Shown here: positions 1 through 13,200 of the stretch, piece by piece
How positions within the stretch are numbered: the stretch's first letter is position 1
How the letters are laid out: each line of letters starts with the position of its first letter
Origin: Camelus dromedarius
Lineage: Eukaryota
DNA: 64,000 bases
Reading direction: 5' to 3'
Assembly (NCBI RefSeq): GCF_036321535.1
Contig: NC_087437.1
Coordinates: 99,326,001-99,390,000 of the forward strand
Translations under genes and position numbers: made by a program
The notes under the pieces: model-generated
The model's database searches: none
The model's input: only the letters and a program-made list of their open reading frames with translations
Told to the model about the DNA's origin: nothing

Positions 1-314
1 AGCATAATTTGTATTAGAGTTTCTTTTTCTCCTTCATGTCTTGTGATGATTATTGAAAGAAGAAAGAGATAGGAAGATATTTATTTCACTTTCTTGAAAC
101 TTTTAATTCTTTAAGAGAGTTTTACTTCTCATAATTCTGTTCTTGCCAGGAAGAGTATGCCCACTTTCAGAAATATTGCAGCTTTCTCACATGTGGGATT
201 TTAACAGCATAATTTATTCCTCTCCTCTTATGACATAGGATCTTCTGTCAAATAGATCTTCCTTTGTTTTCCTTTCCTTTCCTTTTTATCCCATTCCTTT
301 TCCAATAATCTACT

Positions 315-1090
315 GATTATTTACTTAGTGTTGGGCATTGTGGTAAGCTTTGGGAATATAAAACCAATAAAGTAGTTTCATTGCTCTCCATGAGCTCACC
401 ATCTATTGGCATACAAAAGGAACAAAACCAACATTTATTTAGTGCAACACATAAAACCAAAAACAGAAATAAAAATTTAACAACTAAAATCTGATACTGA
501 AAGTGCTAAATTAGGTATATGAGCAAAATGCTGTGGTCTCAGAGACACATGGAGAATAGCTCTGCTTGACAGAGACTGAAAGAATTTGTGAAGTAGTACT
601 TGAGCAGGGTCTTAGGAGATGAATTGGAGATTTTTGAAGAACTAAATAAGGAAAAGTCATTTTGTAAAAAGAACTGCCTCTGCATAAGGCACACACATGT
701 TAAAGAGCATGGACTGCTTTGTATGGCAAGACGGTTAATATGCCTGGAGCGTAGATTAAGGGTGGGAAAGTATAGGGTCACGTGACTATAAAGTTTGGAG
801 TCAGATTATGATGAATATATTTTTCCTGTGTAAAGGAGTTTAGATTTTTATTATTTGGAAACGGAGAAAAAAATGGGCCTTAAGCAGGGAATTGGCATGG
901 CCCATTAGGAAGAGAACTCTGGCAGCACTTTGATTATCAAAATGATGAAGAGACGCTAGGAGATCAGTTAGGGGTCTCTTTTAAGAGACCAAGTGAACTC
1001 TAAATGACCAGAGTCAAAGCAGAGTTAATGGGACAAAGATGAGAGAATAGAATGAGAAGATACTTATGAAACAAAAATGGCAGAGTAATG
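315..1090 (-). mobile_element. Degenerate LINE-2 (L2) fragment(s)
   Basis: Resembles the antisense L2 3' end (gtgttgggcattgtggtaagctttgggaatata...ctccatgagctcaccatcta), followed by purine-rich L2-like sequence. Boundaries approximate. Confidence 0.6.
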
Positions 1091-3739
1091 GAATTCTACC
1101 CATACATGGAAGTGCTAAGTGCAACGCTAGCAGTCCCAGAGTGCAGTTGGACACTGGGGGAGAGGGATCCAGTTGTGTCTGGGCAGGGGCAGAGGAGATG
1201 ACACCTCAGCTGAGTCTTAAGGAACACATTATTTGAAAAAGAAGAGGAACAGTGAAACAGACTGGCAGCAAGGTTCTCCAAACACTGGAGATGTTCTGAA
1301 AAAAGGCATACATGTAAGAAACAGATTTGCTGTTGGATAAGCTCTAAGTGGTATGCAAGTTGTGTATAAAGTCTAGTGGAATGTGAGGTATAAAAGAACC
1401 AGTCAGTGGAAACCTCTGGTTAATTCTCCTCATCCTTTTTTTCCCTAAATGTTTATTTTCACAATTCTATGAATCTTTATGCCTGGAACAGTCTTTGGTC
1501 CACGCTCATACTTTCTTCCTTCTAAAATATAGTCAGAGCTTCTGTCTTTAAGGATAACCATCCCAATTTCATGTTGAGAGAAATTTGTATAGATTTGTAT
1601 CATTAAAATTTTATACAACTGTTTTATCCTTTTGTAATACACAGTTTATTAATTCAATATATATTTAGCCAGTAAAAAGGAACATTCAAGACTGTCCATG
1701 GCTTCCATTGGAATTGAACACACTAACACGTTCTCTTGTTTGACAAGTATTAAAAAAAAAGACAACACCTCATATCAAGTCTCATAGTTCTCTGTATTTA
1801 CAAGTATCCTGCCGCATTTGACTATTTATTCTTGAGCTCTGTTTTCTGAAAAAAATATCAAGGAAAGAATAAACTTTATAATGTGTAATCTGTATAATAT
1901 ATTCCAAAGTGCTTTAGTTCAGACATTTACATAACTTTTTGAGCTCATATCATAGTTAGAATCAATTTCTTTTTGTTAAAAGCTTCAAAGTTAATTAATT
2001 TAGCTAAGAACTGGGGACAAAATGACAAACATGGCAACAATTCCCCAATCTAATTAAATAGCAGTTAGGATCTGAAAAACAGCTCTTTACTGAAAATTTT
2101 AGAACTGGAATCACAGAACTTTATCTGCCTTTGTGTTCAATAACCCATCGTATCCTCTTCTAATTGGAAGTTTAGGTCTGATCATTGGGGTATAGGCTCA
2201 AAGAACAAAGGTCAATAGTATGTTGCCAAAGATTAACTCCCTAGGATTATCTAAATCAATTTTCTAAATTTTAATAACAATAACCAGAGTTTTCAGTATG
2301 GTATAACAAGAGTTTTAAAGCCAGCGATATATAGTATTAACCTGAATTCTGCACCCCTAATCCTGGAAGTCTAGCCTTTCTTGGCAATATTCTCTGACCC
2401 AGAATTTCCCCCAGATAGTTCCAGATATCCTAATATAAACCTGATAATAGATGTAAAGAGGTGAACGTAATCTTCATGTGTTCTATATTTTATTTTTGTA
2501 AGAGTTTCCAGGTACAATATTTCACCCATATTAGAATTAGTGTCTTAGTACTTTAGGAATTTTTGGCACCAAAATCTCCAAGGAAGATAAGGAGGAACCA
2601 AGGAGAGCTACAGGGAAAGATAACTTTGGATAGGCTGGCCTTTTCGCATTCCTCAGGCTGTGTGTAGCATGTAGCATGCTCTCCACCACTCTCCACCACC
2701 TGCTCATGAAAGCCTTGCTTTATCTCAAAGACATTCCTCTGAATGTCTGCCCAATAGAGTTTCCCCTCTGGTTCCTGCCTGAGCTCTGCCACCCTGTGTA
2801 GACCTCAGTCAGCTAGAGCGTATTTGCCTAATGCTTCTAATTTCTTTTCCCTGTACTCATTACTGCTCTACTGTCCTAGATCTATTTCTGGGGTCCAGAC
2901 AGATTTTAGCTGCCAAGAGCTGGAGAAATGATTTGACTGGATGGAATCTACTGACACAAGGGTGCATGGGGACTCAGGGTCCCATGTGTGATCCAGTTCA
3001 GCCCTGGCCTCACAGAAGATCCTCCCCTGAGGAGCTGATCGCTTTCCTCTTATATAGTTTCCCACAGAATCAGACTTCAGCTTCTGCCTCTCACTAACCA
3101 AGGCACATGGCTCATCCCAATTTGTCCCAATCTGTGACTTTTCTCCATTCCCCTATAATTTGTAAATCTGTTTTTCTTTGATCTGAATCAAACTCATACT
3201 TTCCAGCCACTCTAGCTTTCTCAGCTTTATTTGCCATCATTTCCAGTCCAGTTAGACTATTTTCTACGTTCTCTTCTAATGCCTCTACTTACGCTGATAT
3301 AGCAACACCTGCCAGAACCATTTACACACGTGCATTTCATATCACTTCTTCAGGAGCCATGTTTTCTCTTCCTTCCTAGCTCCCATTCTAGTCATTTCCT
3401 CCCATATTATACCAGTTTTTCTCTCTCTGTCTCTTTATTTCTCTCTCTGCTCTTTCTCTGTCTCTCTCTGCCTTTTCCCCTATTTCTAATCTCCATATTT
3501 TACTCCCTGTACTTGTTTTATTGTTGTTGTTTTTTTTAACAAGATCTTTAAATGACTGAACCCAGACTGTATTCTTTATATATTTACTGAAACAACAAAA
3601 GTAGTTAAACTGGGTGCTTTTGGCCAACCTCGATTCTTGTGCTTCAGCGTGAGATTTTTCTTTTATATTTCAGTGCTTCGCTGAGCCTTCACTCTTCATT
3701 AATGACCCGTTTATGTTGAGATCCTTGTCTGTCTGTCTG

Positions 3740-3842
3740 TCTTTCTTTTTTCTTTCCTTCTTTCTTTCTTTTTTCTTTCTTTTCTTTCTTTCTCTTTCTT
3801 TCTTTTCCTTCCTTCCTCCCTCCCTTTCTTTCTTTTCTTCTT
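3740..3842. repeat. (CTTT)n/(CCTT)n pyrimidine-rich simple repeat
   Basis: Directly visible degenerate tetranucleotide run. Confidence 0.9.
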
Positions 3843-4607
3843 AAACAACCTGTCTCAACCCCCTGCTTGCTTGCCCATTTTGCTATACAGATCCTAAACT
3901 ATAGTAAGATTCCTTCTTGCTTTCCTGCTGCTGCCTCAATCCTTTGGGACCCACATAGACAGAGAGGGTCTCAGACATGAGTTATTTTAGATTGTCTGGA
4001 AAGATCTAATTAAGGGTCAAAGTAGTAGATGCTGTGGGAGGGCATTTGTTACTCTGAGTGAAAGAGATGACTCTTGCCATATGCTCTTAAACAAGAAAAC
4101 AAAGGCTATGTATATACATGACCATGGTTTTACATATGCTTTAAAAATTTTTCCTGTAGACCTAAGCAACAGGGTAGAAGTAGTGAAATGGAAGGGAAGG
4201 AGAGACATTTAAATTATTTGTAAAAAAAAAAAAATCCTTTCAAGTACTGAATGACTAGATTTGAGAGAGTAAATAATCCAAAATAAGTTGAAAGCTTCAA
4301 GATTTGTGATAAAGAGAGTTTTACCTGTGATAAAGATTATCCTCAGTTTGTTTCATTCCTGCTTCTGTTTACCTAAGGTTCACATTTCACAAGTCCTTAA
4401 AATAATGACTTTAAATGGCTATATAATATAATATAAATCACAAGAATTGATATTCTCTTATTTTCAGTTTTGTGGGCAATTATAAACAAATGTATACAAA
4501 AATGTTGGTCTGTCTCACTGATGAGTTTCTTACAAAAGAGTCTTTGGCTTTTTACAAAAGAATGATTGCTGCAGTACATCTTTGATATGATGTTACTGAG
4601 AATCATG

Positions 4608-4983
4608 CCCCACCTCAAAGCCTTTTCTCTGGCAGGTTCCTCTCCGGAAATGTTTCTCCCATATGTTATCTTAGATCCCTACACTCTGCTCAGATTGTTG
4701 CTCTCACAGTATCACAGGAGAGAGGCATTTGCCTGAGCACCATGTAAAATGTCATATCCACCATGTCCAGAATCATTCATTATCCCTTTATCCTGCATTA
4801 TTTTTCATCTTAGATTCAACAGTACCTAACGTGTTATGTTAATTTGTTCATTGTCTTTTCTCTACCTCCTAGAATCTAAGCTAAATGGGAGCAGAAATTC
4901 TGTCTGTTTCATTAGACACTTTATCCTCAGTGTCTGGCACATAGTAAGTGATCAGTAAATAATTGTTCAATGAATAGATAAAT
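4608..4983 (+). mobile_element. L2 3' end
   Basis: ctagaatctaagct...gtctgtttc...tctggcacatagtaagtgatcagtaaataattgttcaatgaat is the typical L2 terminus. Confidence 0.8.
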
Positions 4984-6177
4984 AAAAAGAAAAAACACAA
5001 GAATTTTGGTACATATAAACTAGTTGCTTTCCAGAAAGCTTGTTTCAATTTATCCATTTATAAGCATAGAATAATCCACTTTAAATATTAATTTTAAAGT
5101 CATCAAATAGGAAAAAGTTACACTATATCTCAATGTTGCTTTAGTTTTAATTTCTTTTATTTCTTCAAATTATCTGTTTCTCTTCTTCATATTTTTCATT
5201 AAGGTGCTTGTTCTTTTAAAATTATGTGCAAGAGACTATATGCATTGTGTGTTGAAATTTTTCATAATTTATAGGCATTTCCCTCTTTCTTAGCATGCTT
5301 TCAAATTTTTCCTATTTTATGACATATTAGATAAAATGTATGGAGTCAAATATTTTAAGATTTCTTCCAGTGAAATTTCTTCCAGCTCACCTACACTGTT
5401 GTTATAGACTTCAAACTTATCTCCCTTCTTTTTGAAGTTTGTCATCCTTGTCACTCCTATGATTTTTTAGAGTGTCATTTGTTGTTCTCATTTTTTTTCT
5501 TTATCCACTATATTCTCTTTTCTTTTTTAAAGTGTGTATTTCCATTGTGTTTTCTTGTTTTTATTTTAGGCCATTTCCTCCTTCTTATCTTGTAATATAG
5601 GAGTCATGTCTGCAAGAATTCTGTTTAAAATGCCTGTTTTAATAGATCATGTATTCAGTTATTGCTCTTGTTTTGATAATGTTCTTTTGCCATTTTCTCT
5701 GTCATATTTTTCTGTAGGCTAACATTTTATATTTGTTTTCTATTTGCTCAGCGCTAAATTAGCCTAGATCCATCCAATGTGATGTTTACAACCAGATGAC
5801 ACCTGTTGTTTTCTTACCGTCCACTTTTGCTGGTTAGATCCCCTTCCTGCCTTACCAGCTGGGTGACAGGTTGGAGTGCAGACCTCCCAGCTAGAGGCTA
5901 AGCAGCATACGTGGAGTCTAACTTTGCTCTTGAAAGTAAAGTGGTCTCCTATGTCCCAAACCTTGTTGTTTCACAAGCAGGAAAAGCTATAATTCCTAAC
6001 ATGTGCCTTTCTGCACTGCCCTCTTACCTCTGCTGCCATCTACATTGCTTTAACCTAATTCTGGAGAGTGTAATGTGTCACATGCCCGTCTTCTATCTCC
6101 TTTCCTGTTTCCAGATACTAATGTCAAAATAGGAAAAGATGGTGCTGTGGGAACACTACTCTGCCTGTCCCAAGAAG

Positions 6178-6193
6178 CAGCGCCTTCTAGTGA
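6178..6193 (-). promoter_or_regulatory. CTCF-like motif
   Basis: The reverse complement TCACTAGAAGGCGCTG resembles the CTCF core CCACYAGRKGGCGC and keeps its CpG. Motif match only. Confidence 0.3.
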
Positions 6194-7135
6194 TATCCAA
6201 TGCAATCCAGGCTTTTGGTGGTAAGGGTCCATGAATCTGCATACAGTTAGTCAAGCAATGTTGAAATATTTTCTTGACTTTCAAATGAATAGGACTAATC
6301 TGTCTACTCATATAGACCACCTGTTGTTTTTTCTTAGTCCAATGTCATTAGATTTGGAAGAAAGGTAAAGAAATTGCCTCCATTAATCTTAGTTTTTAGG
6401 GTTATTGTAAGATGTGTTTTTCTGTGTAGGTGTTTTAACAGAAAGTTGTGTGAAACCAATTTATGAGGGCAGACTGCTAATCAGATGTCTCAGACTGGAA
6501 GTTTGATGGTAATGATTTTCAAGCCTTTCATTTTAGTTCATCTATTCCTCTATCCAAAAGTGACCAACTTCCAAAGCACTGCAGGGAAAAATGCATAGAT
6601 ACAGAATAGAATTGTTGTGGGAAATGTCAACAGCACATAAGTGATGAATATTTTTTGTTATTATGTAATGACTAGAAATTTTATCTTTATAACTTCTATA
6701 GAAATATTATATTATATCTTTTGAATGGCTTTTTAATAAATTAAACATTTTTCATTTTATTATGTATTCTAACTTAGTCTCTCTAAATGTAAATGATAGA
6801 GTTTTGGTGGTAAAGTTATCCAAGCTATTAAAATCCTTTTCAAATTAGTGGAATTTAGCAAAAATTATCCACAATGTTTAAGTTACCATGACATCTAGAG
6901 TAGCAGACTTTTTCTCTATAAAACGAAGATGGAAACTGAGTGGGGTCAGTATCCTGGTAGTAAACTTTTTGATGTAAGAGATCACGCTTTCACAAAGGGG
7001 ATTCCTTTCATAACCCGTCTGTGTCAGAAATATCTGTAATTATTTTAGTCAACTGGCCTTAAAAATAATACATTCTAAACTATGAAGTCACCAAAGCTCT
7101 TTCGCATGCTGGTATATGTTTTACGTTTTATGTAG

Positions 7136-7222
7136 GTTATTAGCGACCTTTCTGCACTTATCAGAAAGTCCTTTGTTTTGTGCACACAGAAAGTCTTTTG
7201 CAATAGAGGCCAGATCCTTGAG
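7136..7222 (+). other. Weak candidate internal exon
   Basis: Acceptor ttttacgttttatgtag|G at 7135/7136 in non-repeat sequence. Only weak donors follow (GAG|gtgatg at 7222 or ACG|gtagac at 7231). Confidence 0.2.
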
Positions 7223-7630
7223 GTGATGACGGTAGACTTCTAATGTATAAGGCTGGTGACCTTGCTGACTGACTATTAGGAGCTAGTTGTTAGTTTTGAA
7301 TAAGGGAACAAGAAAACAAAGCTTGTTCTTCATAACAGATGAAAATGGAATGTAGACTTTACAAGTTGGCACTGAATCAGAAATTTTTAAAGACTAGGTT
7401 TCCTTCAAGAAGTAATTAAAATTCTTGATTTTCTGCATCTCTATTGCCTAAATGGCCCAGAATGCTTTATATATTATTTTCGATATATAAAATAGCCACA
7501 GCTGATCACTAAAATGTGTCAAGACATTTTCATTATTGTCATTATTACTATTATCAGTATCTAACCTTTTTATTTTACTTTATTTTTTATTGTTTCTACA
7601 TGGGAAAAGAGTTTTGGGGGAAGGTTTGAT

Positions 7631-7687
7631 TTATTTTTTTGAGATATACTTGACATTTAACATTATATTAGTTTTAGATGTGGAATA
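7631..7687 (-). mobile_element. Very short L1 3'-end stub
   Basis: ttatttttttgagatatacttgacatttaacattatattagttttagatgtg resembles an antisense L1 3' terminus; compare 32008-32060. Confidence 0.65.
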
Positions 7688-8376
7688 ACCAGGTAAATAG
7701 GGTGAGAAAATGTGGGTGTGGTAAATCCATTTTGAATGATGGTTATTTGGGTTTGGGGGGGTGATTGTCCATATAATCACTATAAAATATGTGCTCCTTA
7801 ATTGGATTTTACTATTCAGAAGCATGATATTTGTAATATCTGATATTTGTAATAAATTATTTTTGCTTAAACTTAATTAGAGGCAGTATCAACTTCCTTT
7901 TTCAAGCTTATCAATGACTCCTGTCGTATATTGGAGAAAGTGGAAACCCATTCCTGCCTTAACCCCTGCCCATAACTAATTTTAATATTTTAACTACTAC
8001 ATTCTCTTTTACTATAGTTTTCAAAATTGATTCTATCCACTACATACCATGATCTGATCCTGTTTCTCTCACCTGTTTTATTCATCTTGGGTTTTTGGTT
8101 TGTTTGCTTTATTTAAGTCAGACAGTATCTAATTTGAAGATAATTTCATTGGCTGGAAATGCTAAATTCAGCACTGATACACAATATCACCATTCCTACA
8201 TAGGGCTGCACCTGTATAGGATGTTTTGTGGCATCACCAAGTAAACAGGGTGCGAAAATGTGGATGTGGTAAATCCATTTTGAATGGTGGTTATTTTGGG
8301 GGTAGGGGGTGACGGTCCATATAGTCACTATAAAATATGTGCTCTTTAATTGGATTTTACTATTCAAAAGCATGAT
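7688..8376 (+). repeat. Local direct duplication, 141 bp x2 (7688-7828 and 8236-8376)
   Basis: The copies align without gaps with about 16 mismatches (~89% identity, counted by hand). Offset 548 bp. Confidence 0.95.
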
Positions 8377-9219
8377 TTTGATTTAAAATAAAATTCCTGA
8401 TATTTCTGTGTCATTAACTTAATGAAAATGGTGGTGGCTATTTTTTTAAAGTGTTTTTGAGGAATGTGTAAACTTACTATATGAAGTTTAAGCAAACCTT
8501 TAGTTTTAAAAGATTGCATTTATCTTTAGTGTTTCACTTATTTTCTGTTATTTTGAGCTCTAGTTTTTATATATATTTTAAAGAGAGGAATCATTTATCT
8601 TAACTAGAGAACAAAATTCTAATTAAAGTAGTTATGAGAAAAAGATAAATCATGACATTAAGATAATATGTAATCTTGAAAGAATTTAAAACAACTATTT
8701 CTATCTCCAAACGTGGTTCCTTAAGCATAGAGAACTTTGTATAAACATAGCAGTTTAGCTTTGCAGTTAAATATAATAAGGCAGAATCTTTAAAAAACTA
8801 AAACAAAACCTAGGTGATATCTGTGACTACATGATACATTAGTTATTTTGTCATTTTTATATTCCCAGCTTGAAATTTAATATAAAAGAAATGCTTCACT
8901 GCTTTGTTCTGAATCCTGTTTGATCCAACATGGAAAAAATACATTGTTTTGGACTTAATAGAAAAAATATATATTTGAGTTGATAAGTTGCTCCTGCAAA
9001 AAAAACCCCTTGAAATTCATCTCAAGTCTGTTTCATATCTTTAGCCTATTTTCTATTAAAAATGTTTCAGATTCTACTGCCTGCTTGGTTTGGGTTATCT
9101 TAGCTGTAATAAGTAGCCTTGGGACCCCTGAAGGCACACCCCACACACTTATGCTGTGTGACCTCAGGTCACAAGTAATGGCTGCAAGCTAATTGATTGA
9201 GAAAGGCTTGTCTGGAGGG

Positions 9220-9713
9220 GCCTCTCCGCGTCCTCCCTTTACATTCCTAAGTTCTGTGAAAGAGTCACTAGCGGCTCAGCGTAGCAAGGAAGGAAAAAAG
9301 AGAGGAAGTTTCTCCGCGTTCTGATTACACTGAGTTCCCCTGTAGTGAGCGTACTTCTCTCCACCCACTTCTTAGCAAGAACTCCTTAACTTGAAGGTGA
9401 ACAACTTAAAGCCTGATCTCAGAGAGTTACCCGAAGTGATTTGAGTATTTATTGAACTGAAAGAACAAATTACCTACTTCAGGCGGTGGGAAGCGTATGG
9501 AAATTATATTAGAACTTCAGCAAAGTGCACAGCCGCATAATACAGAAGCCGGGACTCAGATTGACAGGCAAATAAGCCAGCTCGTGGAAGGGGCCTCTGG
9601 GTGGCAGCTCTGGGCTATTGGGTGTTGGACAACTATAGGCAAAACTGAAATGGAACAGGGGCAGAAAATAGCGCACTTTTACGCTACGCAACCGTTGCTT
9701 TCGCATGGTGAGT
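9220..9713 (+). promoter_or_regulatory. Candidate promoter and first exon, with a consensus splice donor at 9707/9708
   Basis: 18 CpGs counted in 9227-9704 against a strongly CpG-depleted background, with no recognisable repeat. Ends in ATG|GTGAGT (GTGAGT = 9708-9713). TSS unknown. Confidence 0.6.
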
Positions 9714-12639
9714 GCAGATTTAAGATATTACTTACAATATACTTTCTGTGTTGTAAAACAAGTAAAGCTGTTGTGCTTTGAGGGAAATCATAGCAGGAGC
9801 ATTTCTTAAAAGTTCTTAGGCGATTTGCTTTTGTTTCTGCTTGATTTCACATTAAACTTGGCAATGCTAACAGAGAAACACAATAATTGTATTGTCTTGC
9901 GTGTCCTTTCTCTTAAAATTGTCCTTTTGTTTAAATCATGCTTCTCTCCAACCTGAATAAATATTGTTTTAGGCAAATCATGTGTGGAATAGATAATGAA
10001 GGAACAACGGGGTGACAGGATATATGTAAACATTTCATTTAGTCCAACTTTGTGTCACTTCTCCGTAGCTCCTCGTTTTGCCGCCTTATCTCAGGAATAT
10101 ATAGTGCAATCTGCATGAAAAGAGCTTTGTGTGAGAATTCCAGCGAGTTAAAGGGTCAGGGCCTGTGTGTTATCTGACTGCCAGCAAGACTCACTGGGGT
10201 GTCCTCTTATTTTTAACCTAAAATAGGGGAAAAAGTGCATCTTTACATATTAAAAAGTAAGTGTGTTTTGATTCCCACAGTTGCCTTCTTATAGTTTATG
10301 TGTGTTATTCCTGGCAAAGGATTGGTTAAGCTTCTTTTCAGAAGCAACATGCAAATTTCTTTTGTTTCTTGTCTTGTTTGCTCACATTTCACTGCAGGAA
10401 CTTTGCACACAGTTTTTGTTTTGTTTTTTCTTTTTTAATTTTAATTATCTTGAAACAATACTGAGTAGTTTTTATTTTGTTGCAAATATCTTGAAAGTTA
10501 GTAAGCTTGCTCTTTCTGAGGGGAAAAAAAAAACTCTCAGGGAGTAAATTGTGTTTAAGTCCTAGTTTAGCCATACTTATGATCCTATTTTAAATGTGCT
10601 TCTTGTTAAAAAAAAAAAAAAAAAAATCAGAGCCTCCAGGATGTATTCCTAAAATGTTATAGAAGAGATTCTTCTGCAAAAACTGGAAATTCAGGATGAT
10701 TATTTTAATAAATGTCAAATTATTATTGCTATTGTTGACTTTGTTTAAAAATCAGTTTTATTAGCAAGGTGACTGTATTAGATGTTACCAAGTGAATGAA
10801 GTGAAAAATGTGTCTTCCGTACTTCTGATTTGATAGAATACAGAGGTCTGCATTGTTATTGTGTTTCACGTTCATTGAAACTTTTTAAAGAGCGCCTCTG
10901 TAATACAAATTTTGAATAATTGTTTTAAAAATAAAATTTACTAAAGTGAACTCCTTATATTTTGAGATTTATAGCTTCGATTTGCTAAAGCAAATTAATA
11001 AATGGGAAAAAATGTATTGGAGTAATTGTAGAACTATAAAACTTTACAATAAAGGGAAGAAAGCTTTTAAGGAAGAATGAATGTGTTTTCATTTACAAGG
11101 CAATTTTGAAGCATTACTTATATCTTCTTTTCCAAAGATTTATGGAAGACTTATCAACTGTTGTAGAACTATGTAATAGTCTTGACTTTAATACAAAAAC
11201 TATATATAAGAAGGGTAATTATTTTCAAGCTGTTCTTTATGATTTGATACAAGCTTCTCTGAATAATTGCAAAATGTGACTGACAAATCCCTTTCTAAGA
11301 GAACAAGTTCATTATGTTCGTCACCTGTTCCATTCTTTTTTGTCCACTTACACAGTTCCGAGCTGTTTATTAGTGCTGTAGGAAATGAAAACCTTTTTTT
11401 TTTTAAGAGAAAATGTTGACATTTTAATTTACATAAACGTCTTGAGGTTTTAAAAATTATGTTCTCATCAAAATCACTCAAAGTGTTTTTAATGTCTTTT
11501 GTTATGATCTTGATATGAATGGTCAAAAAAAGAGATGTAAATTTGTTTGGCATTTTCTTCTAATGTGTCTTAGTGAGTAAAGTTAAGGTGTGACTGAGGG
11601 TTTATGAAAAGCTTTGCCAAGAGACGAGCCTTTTGAAAATTTCTCCGTTTGCTATCAAGATTGTAAAAAAAGAAAAAAGAAAAAAAAAAGTTTATCCCTT
11701 ACTTATTCCCTCCAAACCAATCCAGAGACTGAAAATTAGAGAGAACTTCATTATTCTCCTCAGTTATGAACTGTAGCAACTCAGGAAGTTGCCGTGCTAT
11801 GGGGAGGGGCTAAGACAGAATGGGGTTCCCTCTGATGGAAGTACGTAAGTTGTGATAAACAAAAGGTAAAAAGATCTACTGCTAAGTTTTACTAACATTT
11901 AATCTTAAACTACTATCTTCAGTCTTTTCCATTCATATTTACTTATTGTTTGGTTACTGAGGTGAAGATATCTTTTAAAAACTGCAATCAACCACAGTAT
12001 GATTTTAAGACCATGATTTTAAGAAGGTATATATTTTCCTATATAAGGATAATTTTCCACAGAAATTTAAATTTTGTATTAGATTAATGGGAAACAATGG
12101 ATCTATGTTCACGAGTTAATATACAGTTATCTCTCTTACTTATTTGTAGAACATACTAGTGACTCACTATAATTCTCCTATATTACTGTATCACACCAGA
12201 TTGGAGTGTGTGTGAGTGTGTGTTTGTGTTCGCACTTATGGGCTCACAGAACGATAGAGTGGCCTGGACATATGCTAGGGTTATGACACTCTTTGACTTA
12301 CTTCCTTAAATCACATGGTCACTAAATTTCAGATTTTTTTCTGTACCCTGGTAGCAGTAGACATCTGTTGCAGTGAATTTATGCCTTCTCTACTGAGAAT
12401 GAATATCATCTTGGCTGTATTCTTGTTTCAATTACATTCGTCAATTTGTTTTTAAAGATGATTTATTCTTTCAAAATATAGGACAGAATCTGTAGGATTA
12501 GATTCTGTCATCTCTGACAAATTATAAGTCCTCAAAGGCTTTCCTAGAGGTATGGTTTTTATTATTCTTCTTACAGAAAGGGAGCATAGTGGCTATTCAT
12601 TTTTCCAGACACTTTGATCTTAGGACTCACATCTTTCTT

Positions 12640-13200
12640 AAATTATGGAAATCTTGAGAATTTTCTTTCCAAATATTGCTTCTTTTTCCATTAATTCTGA
12701 TCCCTTTTTCTGGAACATCCTAGTATATGTATGTTAAAGCTTCACAATATATATCATACATATTTCTAAAGTTCTCCTTTATAATATTTTTTATCTCTTT
12801 CTGTGCTGCATTTTTGGTGAATTACTCAAGAGATATCTTCCAATTTACTAATTCTTGTTTTGACTGTATCCATTCCAGAATTTTTTAAACTATATTTCTT
12901 TCCTAGGAATTCTAATTGTTTCTTTCCTTATATCCACTTTTGTTATTTCATCTCTACTTATTTTCTTGTAAATTGTATTGATGTTATTCCTTATTTTGTC
13001 TCTTCAAGGCTGCTAACATGCTTATTTTGAAATTCTGAAGTTGATCTATTATTTTCATGTCATCTGGAATGACTTCGTTGAATGATTTTTTTAAGAATTT
13101 TGCTAGCAATCTTTTTATATGAGTTTACATGTCTTGGAATTTTGGTTTTCAGGCTCAACTTAAGTGAGAGTAATTTTTAAAAATTCTGTCTCTTTCTTTG
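12640..13200 (-). mobile_element. Old degenerate L1 fragment (L1M-type)
   Basis: T-rich sequence with antisense L1-like motifs (ttccaaatattgcttct; tcttccaatttactaattct). Confidence 0.5.

Noticed and set aside
7631..8373. Two similar minus-strand ORFs (MLLNSKIQL...) suggesting a paralogous peptide pair
   Set aside because: The similarity is fully explained by the 141-bp DNA duplication. There are no coding hallmarks, and one ORF ends in an L1 stub.
9497..9781. 94-aa ORF as a single-exon gene
   Set aside because: It runs through a consensus splice donor at 9707/9708 and has no recognisable homology. It is treated only as part of a possible spliced uORF.
11200..11553. Longest ORF in the window (117 aa, minus strand)
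   Set aside because: AT-rich, K/N/I/L-biased translation with no domain similarity; consistent with a chance ORF.
12482..12509. 10-bp-stem hairpin gacagaatct-N8-agattctgtc
   Set aside because: Too short for a pre-miRNA, and one such stem is plausible by chance in 64 kb.
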